Positions 18,501 through 26,708 of a DNA stretch of 64,000 nt are shown one piece after another; position 1 is the stretch's first letter, and every line of letters begins with the position of its first letter. A program made the position numbers and the translations under genes. Under the pieces are notes generated by a model. That model made no database searches. It saw nothing but the letters and a program-made list of their open reading frames with translations, and was not told the DNA's origin. Source of the DNA: an uncultured Armatimonadetes bacterium (GTDB lineage: Bacteria > Armatimonadota > Fimbriimonadia > Fimbriimonadales > Fimbriimonadaceae); contig CAIYLG010000018.1 of assembly GCA_903927025.1 (NCBI GenBank), forward strand, positions 55,105-119,104, read 5' to 3'.

Positions 18501-20062
18501 CCGTTGAACACGACGACCGTTACCTCCGCGTCGGATTTGATCGAATCGTTTTGGACCCAACGTCAGCGGGTGGCGAAGGCGCTCACGTAACTGGAGTGTA
18601 TTTCTACAAGGGATTTCAGGGCTCGATCACGGCGGATGCGCCCTTTGAATATCCATTCACGATTCCGGAGAAGAAGGCGCTCAGCGCTGAAGTTACTTTC
18701 GACCCGAGCGACCTTAAGGCAATCGCCCAGCTCCTTGGTGGAATTGATGGCTCTCGCACATCTGGCACCGCTCGCGGAAACCTGAAAGTAACCGGAACCG
18801 CAGACGCTCTGAGCGTGGGTGGAGGGGTCACACTCAATGCCGAGGCACTCGCCTTCACAGGAGTAGATGACATCCTCAAGAATGCAGATGCAACCCTATC
18901 CATTAAGGACTCGGGCATCCAGTTCACCGCCGGAGGCACTCCGATTCGAGGGGGATCGATCGCGGCGGCGCTTTCAATTCCATTCAACTCCCTTCAGGAA
19001 ATCGTAGCCATCGTTCAGAAGGGCGGAGCGGTGTCTCTGCTGGACCGCCCTATCTCGGGCGAAGTCAACTCAACCGCCGCACAATTCCGTCAGCGTGTCA
19101 TGAGCCAGTCTTTGGTTGCAGGCACGGCAAACACGGAGATTAAGATTTCGGGAACCGTAAAGCGTCCAGCGGTGACTGGCAGCGTAACTCTTGGGAACGG
19201 GGATGTTGTCCTAAAGGTTGTTCCAGAGCCAGAGAAGATTCCAAGTGAACTCGCGATTGATCCGGAATTTAATGTCGACTTGAGGCTCTCAGATCCCGCA
19301 AGACTACGATCATCAACCGCCGATATGTACCTTTCTGGAAGCGGAAAGTTATCCGGAAGAATTCAAAGACCAAAGGCTACTGCGGACCTCGTCGTCGAGA
19401 AAGGCACGGTACGCCTCCCTGCATCCCTACTGAGACTTGAGCAGGGTGGGACCGTTAATTTCACATATGGCGTCAATGGCAATGGCTCTGCGGCCGCAAT
19501 CGTGGATATGGAAGGCTCGACCTCCGTCACAGCAACACGATTTGCGGACACAGATGTTCAGCGCTATGACATCACTCTTGGGTTTAAAGGAGATCTGCTT
19601 CAAGACAATGGTCTGACACTGACAGCCACCAGCGATCCCGGCGATCTCTCTCAGGAGCGAATCCTCGCGATCCTAGGTCAGGTGGATCTGCTTACGACGC
19701 TTTCGAATGGCGGTAAAGAATCGTCAGCAATTCAGAATGCGATGCTCTCCAGAGTGCCAAGCCTGCTGGACCCCTATACCGGTCAGGTTGCCCGTGGACT
19801 TGGACTCGATTTTCTGAACGTCGAATATAACTCCTACGACTTTGCCTCAATCGCTTTTGGAAAAATCTTGGGCTCAGGTTTCAGCATCGAAGGTTCGCGA
19901 CAATTGTCGGAACCACCTGCGGGCTTCCAAACTCGTTATGACTACCGACTGATTTATCGCCCAAAACGGTTGTTTGGTGCGCTGAGTCGAATCCGGTTTT
20001 ATGTTGGATCTGATCAAGATAGACCATGGAAACTTGGACTTGAGTATGGAGTTCGATTCTAG
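15560..20062 (+). CDS. tamB: TamB/AsmA-family translocation and assembly module protein
   Basis: 1500 aa with an N-terminal TM and repeated beta-taco segments; C-terminal DUF490-like region (G.LxxPxxxGxLxVExG...); adjacent to an Omp85 gene. Start uncertain (frame open from 15512). Confidence 0.8.
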   Translation: MVLAPLAIVAFWGSSYMLDCIRTIESPGVPIEICLHTDAGDLTLAAASYSISPMRGTVYVTRPKLMGPGGGILAQLDTLEVSGIRLMDGGSQALKIRGSNLSGRVERKSNGKFDFEAFIPSHGGSPSEISFDVDINRAHIEFVDQGPEGPWNTVIDSPRVAVAGLGQDWTASGRFIASGVGGVDLDIHNSTQAGFTVSGSTESAQLASVGSHFLQSPLLSKIGTLRQATATSLVASGPFRVHVPHDAPPTVQANVSVTGVGLKWEKFSAQQAQFKGEITELGVKGDLTLLDGKTTAAFTGSTTWKHGFAAAGRTTLAAPSTSALPAWIRAFVPAAAQFQNGTFVGWLSYHSAASYHVSGEITATNAGHDQLSVSGIRAKLEAQGRRVVVELEDGQLAQKPITGIFEIDPLEKRVKGTLTAEKVDLASLGGQFGFHQAAGDAQVVVIISGTTQKPRFEFQSSGQGIASFPGDHTISLGHFDVSGAYDTGNITLDRALFNTPEGVVQAHGGMKPSGEVNATLVARGILAAAYDPRFSGSINATATLSGTLKNPYASGRLEGYDLMYGTKTVPAIVSDFKADRTQLELDNLEAARGTASLEGFGNLQFKDKSLHVSAAVRDVQLAEWLGDAFVGSVDIPSVEVSGTLAHPLASANVEGSSVVVDGVKIDTVSASVSATEKSILLNHAVFLGADGKTSASGSYDIERAFGSVQMNVEGLSVERILPSFTDAVFAHGTVNGSGSVSIRNGRIADGSASGNLKSIAVNGTPIGDGIWDLRSASSVFHGQISLGDSERYIHVTNASYDPDRNRAAADVAVKNIQATNFLDSASNMLSSLSAESRDMLDSFDGSISLDTHIEGTVQDPTVQTKSLQLSNLTFRKVPIGEFNSAFELNHHRWTIANASLSKGPALVSVHGTVDAKGEMHLDGTNDNRFDLGQLSALDARFSRLTGTANLWFTADGPIQSPKVVASLNFDNLFAPPGLAPTVEHDDRYLRVGFDRIVLDPTSAGGEGAHVTGVYFYKGFQGSITADAPFEYPFTIPEKKALSAEVTFDPSDLKAIAQLLGGIDGSRTSGTARGNLKVTGTADALSVGGGVTLNAEALAFTGVDDILKNADATLSIKDSGIQFTAGGTPIRGGSIAAALSIPFNSLQEIVAIVQKGGAVSLLDRPISGEVNSTAAQFRQRVMSQSLVAGTANTEIKISGTVKRPAVTGSVTLGNGDVVLKVVPEPEKIPSELAIDPEFNVDLRLSDPARLRSSTADMYLSGSGKLSGRIQRPKATADLVVEKGTVRLPASLLRLEQGGTVNFTYGVNGNGSAAAIVDMEGSTSVTATRFADTDVQRYDITLGFKGDLLQDNGLTLTATSDPGDLSQERILAILGQVDLLTTLSNGGKESSAIQNAMLSRVPSLLDPYTGQVARGLGLDFLNVEYNSYDFASIAFGKILGSGFSIEGSRQLSEPPAGFQTRYDYRLIYRPKRLFGALSRIRFYVGSDQDRPWKLGLEYGVRF

Positions 20063-20217
20063 CGAATGCGCCGATTCTCAATGCTGAAGTGCACGGATCC
20101 ATGCGTGTTTCAAGACAATGGGAACAAGAAGAACATCGGGGACGGTAGTCCCGGCGGGTAAAGTTCACGGGCGTCAAACCGCGAACAACCTTCGATTAAG
20201 GGCGGCAAGGAGAACGT

Positions 20218-22011
20218 TTGAAAGTAAAGAACTGCTGCATAGCAATGATTTGGGCACTCGCGGTTGCCGCGTCCGCCCAGCAGGCTGGCGTGGTCAAAGA
20301 GATCGTCATCAGGGGCAACCATCGTGTTTCAAAGGAGGCGATTCTCGCCGCCATGCGAACAAAGATTGGCAAGCCCTTGAACATGGAAGACTTGGGCAGA
20401 GATAAGCAGAGCCTTGAGGACCTTGGGTTCTTTTCTGCTGTAGACCCTCGCGCCTTTCCTGCCGAACTCAATAGCTACACCGTCACCGTTGATCTTCAGG
20501 AATGGCCAGCCATCAAAGAGTTCCGGATTACCGGAAACACAGTCATCACTACAGCCGAAATTCTAAAGGCTCTAACGATGAAGGTAGGCGACGTTTACAA
20601 CCTGAATGCACGAAAGACCAGTGGCGATGCCATCGTTAGCCTTTATACCAAGAAGGACTTTTTCGCTTCGGTTGACGATTTCTCGCCTCTTCCAGAGTCG
20701 CCTGGCACCATCAACGTGCACATCCTGGAGCTCAGGGTTGGGCAAGTGCTCGTCCGAGGCAACGTTCACACGAAAGACTGGGTGATGCGCCGCCTCATCA
20801 AGACTCGAGCAGGCGACGTATTCAGCGGTGAAAAGTGGAATAAGGATCTCACGCGACTCCACAACACCCAGTGGTTTGACAGCGTGCAGGGAAAGAGCGA
20901 TGACTCCTCAGTTGAAGCTGGGAAAGTCAACCTCATCGCAGACGTAAAAGAGGGACGAACAGGTCAGTTCAACGTTGGAGTCCAGTTGGATCCACAGTCC
21001 TCGTTGGCTGGTCTTATCAGGCTGTCCGAGACAAACCTCTATGGAACAGGCAAGACCGTCAACCTCAACTTTACGCAAGCGATCACTGGTGGCGGCCCCA
21101 GCGTCGATTTGGGCTACGTCAACCCATTCTACGACGCAAAGGATACGAGCTTCCAGGCTTCGGTCTACTCAAGGCTCACTTACCGATTCGGAACGTCGTT
21201 CCTTACCGGAACAGGTACGCCGCTCAACAACGGCACAACCTATAGCGAAAGGCACTCCGGAATCCAAGCTGGTTTCGTACGACCCATCTCCGGTCTATGG
21301 AGCGTTGGTCTCTCAGGCAAGGTAGAAAACGTCATCACGTCAAATACAGGTGCACTTCCTGTGAACAGCTTCATCCAGCAGGATGGCGACATTGGTGTTC
21401 TAAGCCTGTCTGGAATCCGAAACCGGCGAGACGTCGATATCGATGCGTCACGCGGCGACTATGTGAAACTCAGCATTGAGCCCGGTTACTCCGACATCAC
21501 CCGAGTCGGCGGAGCCACCTCAGACAATCACATCCTTGGTCGAAACACCTTCTTGCGAAATACAGCCGAGCTTAGAGAGTACTGGTCTCCTGGACAAAAG
21601 CCCAGAGGAACGGATTTTGAGGCGACGCGGAGAGTAGTTGCGGCTCGAATCAAGTATGGATGGATCGATGGACAGGTTCCCTATTTCGAGCAGTTCTTCG
21701 CGGGCGGACCAGATTCCCTGCGCGGCTACGACCCAGATCGATTCTGGGGAACAAAGACGATGCTGATGACTCTTGAATATCGGCATCCGATTCAGAAGGC
21801 GTTCAATATTATCGGGTTCGTCGACTATGGCGGTGCATGGGGCGGATATGGAGCGGTCAACTCCTACTCCCAGGACGCACGCTTCCGACTCCATCTCGGT
21901 TTCGGACCGGGTCTGAGCTTTAAGACTCAGTTTGGTCTAATCCGTGTCGACCTAGGATTCAACGAGCGAGGCAAGAGCCAGCCGGACTTCCTAATTGGAA
22001 ACAGCTTCTAA
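20218..22011 (+). CDS. bamA: Omp85/BamA-family outer-membrane assembly factor with 3 POTRA domains
   Basis: Three POTRA starts (VKEIVIRGN, IKEFRITGN, VGQVLVRGN), an SLRGY loop motif and a C-terminal IGNSF. SD-preceded TTG start. Confidence 0.87.
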   Translation: MKVKNCCIAMIWALAVAASAQQAGVVKEIVIRGNHRVSKEAILAAMRTKIGKPLNMEDLGRDKQSLEDLGFFSAVDPRAFPAELNSYTVTVDLQEWPAIKEFRITGNTVITTAEILKALTMKVGDVYNLNARKTSGDAIVSLYTKKDFFASVDDFSPLPESPGTINVHILELRVGQVLVRGNVHTKDWVMRRLIKTRAGDVFSGEKWNKDLTRLHNTQWFDSVQGKSDDSSVEAGKVNLIADVKEGRTGQFNVGVQLDPQSSLAGLIRLSETNLYGTGKTVNLNFTQAITGGGPSVDLGYVNPFYDAKDTSFQASVYSRLTYRFGTSFLTGTGTPLNNGTTYSERHSGIQAGFVRPISGLWSVGLSGKVENVITSNTGALPVNSFIQQDGDIGVLSLSGIRNRRDVDIDASRGDYVKLSIEPGYSDITRVGGATSDNHILGRNTFLRNTAELREYWSPGQKPRGTDFEATRRVVAARIKYGWIDGQVPYFEQFFAGGPDSLRGYDPDRFWGTKTMLMTLEYRHPIQKAFNIIGFVDYGGAWGGYGAVNSYSQDARFRLHLGFGPGLSFKTQFGLIRVDLGFNERGKSQPDFLIGNSF

Positions 22012-22017
22012 GGAGAA

Positions 22018-22653
22018 ATGAATATGAATATTGAGAGACTCGGCTGGGTAGCAGCGGCTGCGCTGGCTGGCGGAATGATTGGAATGGGCTTCAAGGCGCC
22101 GGGCGACAAAACCGGCACTGTCGATGTTGCCAAAGTCTTTAAGGACAGCGATTATGCGAAGCAGCAGACCGAGGGCCTTCGGAAGCAGGTTAAGGCTCGC
22201 CAGGACGTGATGGAGTACATTCGTGGCCATCGCAACATGAAGCCAGAAGATGCGACGTCGCTGCGCGACGTCAGCGTTAAGGAAGTTGCTTCTCCCGCCG
22301 ATACTGCCGTCATTACTCGGATCAAGGGAGACGCAGACGCTGCCGAAACCAAGGCTCGGGAACTCCAAACGGTGGATAAGCCGACTGCCGCTCAGCTCGC
22401 ACAGCTTGATGACTTCACCAAGCGCAAAGATGCCACCGGACAGCTCCTCGAAAAGTGGGGGCAAGAGTTCCAAACCGAGTTCCAGGCAAAGCAGGAAAAG
22501 ATGAGCGCCGACACTCTTCAAAGAGTCAAAGATGCCATCCAGCAGGTCGGTAAGGACCAAGGCTACTCCATTATCTTTTCAGCCGACATCGCCCCGTTCT
22601 GTCCAAATGACGCAACGACCGACGCGATGAACAAGATGAACGCTAAGAAATAG
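22018..22653 (+). CDS. skp: OmpH/Skp periplasmic chaperone, copy 1
   Basis: KTGTVDVAKVF, a long coiled coil, VGKDQGYSIIF...DAT; follows bamA. Confidence 0.8.
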   Translation: MNMNIERLGWVAAAALAGGMIGMGFKAPGDKTGTVDVAKVFKDSDYAKQQTEGLRKQVKARQDVMEYIRGHRNMKPEDATSLRDVSVKEVASPADTAVITRIKGDADAAETKARELQTVDKPTAAQLAQLDDFTKRKDATGQLLEKWGQEFQTEFQAKQEKMSADTLQRVKDAIQQVGKDQGYSIIFSADIAPFCPNDATTDAMNKMNAKK

Positions 22654-22672
22654 TCTCCGGAACCAATCGCAT

Positions 22673-22717
22673 GCGCCGCAGGGTTGTCTCCAACGAGACG
22701 CAACGACCCTGCGGCGC
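22673..22717. repeat. GC-rich nested hairpin between the two skp genes
   Basis: GCGCCGCAGGGT pairs with ACCCTGCGGCGC (12 bp) and encloses GTCTC-CAAC-GAGAC. Confidence 0.6.
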
Positions 22718-22752
22718 GTCATTTTAGACATACCGCATTTGAGATTCCAATC

Positions 22753-23391
22753 ATGCAGACAACACGCTTCCTTCAGTTCGGATGGGTTCTAGTCGCCGCC
22801 ATCGTCGGCGTAGCGCTGGCCGGCGGCTTCCAGAACAACGAGGTCAAGATTGGCACCGTGGACATTGTGCGGATGCTGGACCAAAGCGACTACGGCAAGG
22901 AAGGTCAAACGATCTTCAAGAAGATGAAGGGGACCCGAGAGGGAATCTTGGAATTCATCGATACCTATCGTGTTCTCACGACGGATCAAGCCCAGCGCAT
23001 TCGGGAGTTGAGTCTGAAAGAAACTCCGACCAAAGAAGAATCTGCAGAACTTGACCGAACAAAAGCGGACGTGATTGCCGCAAACAAGCGATCTGTCGAA
23101 CTGGCAACCAAGCCGAACATGACTCCGGAAGAGCGAACCCTCGTAGAGGAATATGCACGCCGCAGTCAAACCATGAACGACATCGCCCAAAGATGGTTTA
23201 GAGAGTTCAGCAATGAAATGAGCGACTTCGCCGATAAGCGCAAGCTTGCCGGCCTTCAAAAGGCAAGGACGGCAATCAACGAGGTCTCAAAGGCACAGGG
23301 ATACACGGTTGTGTTCGATCAGAGCACCGCACCCTACGGGGTCAACGACCTCACCGATGCCACCCTCGCTGCGATGAATGGTAAGAAATAG
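22753..23391 (+). CDS. skp: OmpH/Skp periplasmic chaperone, copy 2
   Basis: KIGTVDIVRML...VSKAQGYTVVFD...DLT; clear paralog of the upstream gene. ATG at 22753 preferred. Confidence 0.8.
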   Translation: MQTTRFLQFGWVLVAAIVGVALAGGFQNNEVKIGTVDIVRMLDQSDYGKEGQTIFKKMKGTREGILEFIDTYRVLTTDQAQRIRELSLKETPTKEESAELDRTKADVIAANKRSVELATKPNMTPEERTLVEEYARRSQTMNDIAQRWFREFSNEMSDFADKRKLAGLQKARTAINEVSKAQGYTVVFDQSTAPYGVNDLTDATLAAMNGKK

Positions 23392-24394
23392 GCTGGCGCT
23401 TGGGATTGTGGCTGCCCTGGCAGCCGCAGGCTGTAAATCCGCGAACACCACGGTGTTCGTTGACCTTAACGCCGTCCAAGCGCAGCTGCCGGAGTCGGTC
23501 ACTGCCAGCATCGAGACTCCGCAGCCTCCAGCCGCAAGGCCGGAAAGAATTTCAACCATTCCGCGAATACCGGCTATAGACGTCTCCGACCCAGCAAATG
23601 CCCCCCGCCAGACTGTCCAGGGGATGTTTGAAGCAGAACAGGCCAAAGCGTTTGCTGAGCTGCAGAGGCGCTTGAGACAGTTCTATGACAGCGAAATTAA
23701 GACCTTTCGCCTTCAGCAGGAAAGGTCGATCACTGGCGAAGAACAACTCGCATATGTCGCCACGAATGCCAAGATTCGTCCCATCTTCGAGAGATGGGCA
23801 AACGAGCGCGCTCCCATCTTCGCCCGACTGGCGCTGGTAGCGGGCTTTCCAGATCCAAACCCCGAGTCAATTCCGTCTGACCGCCAGCTCTCCGCTAATG
23901 CAAAGAGGCGTGCGGAGGAGGCCAAGCAACTTCGCATCGATTTGAAGCGCATCGACGCAGAATTCCAGGCTGCCAGCAAGACTCTGCTAGCAAGCCTCCT
24001 CGCCAAGTCCGCATCCGATCAAGCCGCGCTCAAACTTAGAATCGAGGAGTTCGCAAATATGCTGGATAAGCGCGCCCAGGAAGAGGCAAGGTCCCAAATT
24101 AGGCAGGCTGCTTCCCACCTTACATTCAAGCTCGCAGATCCAACTCCGCTCCACCTTCCTGAAATTGCACAGAAGCAGGTCACAATTCCTGCCGAGACGC
24201 CCCTGGAAAGGGCACCGGAGGTACCTTCTATGAGGAGCTCCGTAGTGAAGGCACAACGCCGACAAATGCTGGAGCAGGAGCTGAAGATCTGGCTGGCACT
24301 CAATCGGTACACCCTCGTACAAACGCCAAAAGGTCATCGCAACGCTACCAACGAATTCCTAACATGGAGACAACACCACGTACTTGGACGCTAG
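23378..24394 (+). CDS. Coiled-coil lipoprotein of unknown function
   Basis: Lipobox LAAAG-C; overlaps skp2 and lpxD, so it lies inside the operon. Confidence 0.75.
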   Translation: MVRNRLALGIVAALAAAGCKSANTTVFVDLNAVQAQLPESVTASIETPQPPAARPERISTIPRIPAIDVSDPANAPRQTVQGMFEAEQAKAFAELQRRLRQFYDSEIKTFRLQQERSITGEEQLAYVATNAKIRPIFERWANERAPIFARLALVAGFPDPNPESIPSDRQLSANAKRRAEEAKQLRIDLKRIDAEFQAASKTLLASLLAKSASDQAALKLRIEEFANMLDKRAQEEARSQIRQAASHLTFKLADPTPLHLPEIAQKQVTIPAETPLERAPEVPSMRSSVVKAQRRQMLEQELKIWLALNRYTLVQTPKGHRNATNEFLTWRQHHVLGR

Positions 24395-25416
24395 GAGAAA
24401 TCGCCAACCTATTAGGCGGCACCCTAAGTGGCTCCCCTGAGATCGTCATATCCCGTCCCGTACCCGCTGGATCAAATGACTCCCACGGGATTACCTTCGC
24501 GGAGACTTCGGAGTATCTCCAAAAGATAGAAACGACCTCGGTGGGTGCCGTGCTCGTCCCCCACGATGCGCCTAAGCTGATGCTTCCGACAATTTCCGTG
24601 GATCGACCAAGGGAAGCGTTCGGCAGACTTCTAGCGATGTTTCAGCGCCCGCTTCCAATTGAGCATGGAATACACCCAACGGCGGTTGTGAGTCCTCTCG
24701 CGGAGGTCGCCGCAACTGCAAGCATTGGGGCATACGCTGTGATCGAACAGGGAGCCGTCATTGGGGAAGGCACTCGTGTCTATCCCTTCGCCTATATCGG
24801 TGAGGATTGTGTTCTTGGTGCAGATGTCACGATCTTCCCTCACGCTGTCCTGTACCAATCCGTGCAGATCGGTGACCACAGCATTGTTCACGCCGGCGCT
24901 GTTTTGGGTGCAGATGGCTTCGGATTTGTTTGGGACAGTCCAAAGCGATCAAGGCGAATTAAGGTTCCTCAAGTTGGCGGCGTCGCAATCGGAGCGTATG
25001 CAGAAATAGGCGCACTCACCGCAGTAGATCGTGCGACAGCGGGAGACACTGTCCTCGAAACCGGCGTAAAACTGGACAACCTGGTCCAGATCGGCCACAA
25101 CTCCTCCATAGGCGAGCACACCGTGATCGCTGGTCAAACCGCAGTCGGAGGAAGCGCCACCGTTGGTAAGCGGAACGAGATCGGCGGCCAAGTTGCCGTT
25201 TCGGACCACGTCGTCATGGGGAACGACATCTACCTTGCAGGAAGAACCGGCGTTGCTAAAGACCTTATGGAGCCCGGCGTGTACTGGGGTGTCCCAGCAA
25301 CTCCAATTGTTACGGCAAAGCGAGTCAACTCGCTGACTTACAAGCTTCCAGACCTCAACCGTAGACTCCGAGAGCTTGAAGCGAAATTGGCAGATCTAGA
25401 GGGAAAGATCCAGTGA
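24364..25416 (+). CDS. lpxD: UDP-3-O-(3-hydroxyacyl)glucosamine N-acyltransferase
   Basis: Hexapeptide repeats, GADGFGF, IGALTAVDRA and KLDNLVQIGHN. Confidence 0.95.
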   Translation: METTPRTWTLGEIANLLGGTLSGSPEIVISRPVPAGSNDSHGITFAETSEYLQKIETTSVGAVLVPHDAPKLMLPTISVDRPREAFGRLLAMFQRPLPIEHGIHPTAVVSPLAEVAATASIGAYAVIEQGAVIGEGTRVYPFAYIGEDCVLGADVTIFPHAVLYQSVQIGDHSIVHAGAVLGADGFGFVWDSPKRSRRIKVPQVGGVAIGAYAEIGALTAVDRATAGDTVLETGVKLDNLVQIGHNSSIGEHTVIAGQTAVGGSATVGKRNEIGGQVAVSDHVVMGNDIYLAGRTGVAKDLMEPGVYWGVPATPIVTAKRVNSLTYKLPDLNRRLRELEAKLADLEGKIQ

Positions 25417-26213
25417 GCTTCAGTCGAAGAACTGTCGCCGAACGCGTTACTTTTAGCGGTAAGGGCCTGCACAGCGGTATCCCCGTCAAGATGACGATCC
25501 ATCCGGGCGAGGCAGGGATCTGGTTCCGATATGGTTCGGAACGCATTAAGGCGATTCCGGAAAACGTAAGCGACACCACCAGATGCACGCGCCTCGGCTC
25601 TATTTCGACGATTGAGCATCTTATGAGCGCATTCGCTGGATTGGAGATCACGGACGCGGAAGTTGAGCTGGATGCCGGGGAACTGCCCGGGATGGACGGG
25701 AGTGCCGCGGCGTACGTCGACACTTTGGCGAACGCTGGATTTGAGCACGTGGGGCTTGAAGCAAAGCCTCAGCTCTATCGCCGCGTCTTTCTGCAGGAGG
25801 GCGCCACGAAGATTGCCGTTGCAAAAGGCAGCGGTCACTGGCGCTACGTGTATGAGACCGGCGAGCGTTGGCCGGGTACCCAGAGCTTTGAGGTTCCAGA
25901 GATCGTGGTTGCCTATCGAGACGATATCGCGCCTGCTCGAACCTTTGCCCTGTCCGAGGAACTTCCGATGATCGCTAAGCTCGGATTGGGTCAAGGACTA
26001 GATGAAACCTCCGCGCTGATTCTTGGCACGGAAGGATATCAGAACAAGGCAAGATTCGCCGACGAGCCAGCACGGCACAAGCTGCTTGATGCCGCTGGCG
26101 ACCTGTACCTTGCAGGAATTCCACTCAGGCTCTTAAGCGTGGTAGCGGAGCGGAGTGGGCATACCGCAAATGTAAAGGCGGCGCTCATGCTCAAACAGGC
26201 GACAGCTCCCTAG
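25413..26213 (+). CDS. lpxC: UDP-3-O-acyl-N-acetylglucosamine deacetylase
   Basis: GKGLHSG, TIEHLMSA, APARTF, HKLLD and SGHxxN motifs; GTGA overlap with lpxD. Confidence 0.93.
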   Translation: MSFSRRTVAERVTFSGKGLHSGIPVKMTIHPGEAGIWFRYGSERIKAIPENVSDTTRCTRLGSISTIEHLMSAFAGLEITDAEVELDAGELPGMDGSAAAYVDTLANAGFEHVGLEAKPQLYRRVFLQEGATKIAVAKGSGHWRYVYETGERWPGTQSFEVPEIVVAYRDDIAPARTFALSEELPMIAKLGLGQGLDETSALILGTEGYQNKARFADEPARHKLLDAAGDLYLAGIPLRLLSVVAERSGHTANVKAALMLKQATAP

Positions 26214-26491
26214 AGAACCAGCACGACCGTCACCGGTCCGCATGCCCCTGGAAGCTTGGAGGGGTGATAGTAGGCAAGGTGCCGATATTCGTGGGTCGAT
26301 TTCGAGATTCGACCTGCGGATTGCAGAAAAACTGAAGGCGAATGCTCCTCCGGCACGACTGGCACCAGCCCTGGCAAGATCAACAGATAGCAAAGCGCCT
26401 CGCTGTGATCATGCCAAAAGCAATCCTCCTGACACCGGTCAACTTGGTCAAGCGGGGGAAATATCTTCATGGTCTCTTCAGAACTAATCGG

Positions 26492-26547
26492 AAAAAGCCG
26501 GGGCCGAGGTTGGGGTTTCTGTTTTGGGGAGAAGACTCGGCTCCCGG
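26492..26547 (-). terminator. Probable intrinsic terminator for the minus-strand ATPase transcript (large loop)
   Basis: On the minus strand CCGGGAGCCGAG...CTCGGCCCCGG is followed by CTTTTT. Confidence 0.5.
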
Positions 26548-26550
26548 AGG

Positions 26551-26567
26551 GCATTCAATGTGAATGC
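26551..26567. promoter_or_regulatory. Perfect 7-3-7 inverted repeat (candidate operator or hairpin)
   Basis: GCATTCA-ATG-TGAATGC. Confidence 0.4.
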
Positions 26568-26708
26568 AATGACGTATTAGTTGTATCCCGCCCTTGTTCG
26601 ACTCACAAGATCAAGAAACGATCATTTTTCGCTCATTTCATTTGCCACGATTGGACGCCTTCCCGATAGTGAGGGCGAATACAGCACAGGAAGTTCCAAG
26701 AATGGGTC

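Noticed and set aside
26214-26708. Known riboswitch (partial look-alikes: GACTGGC/SAM-I, ACTGAAGG/glycine, GGGAAGG/cobalamin)
   Set aside because: Only isolated short words match; the required companion motifs and spacing are absent.
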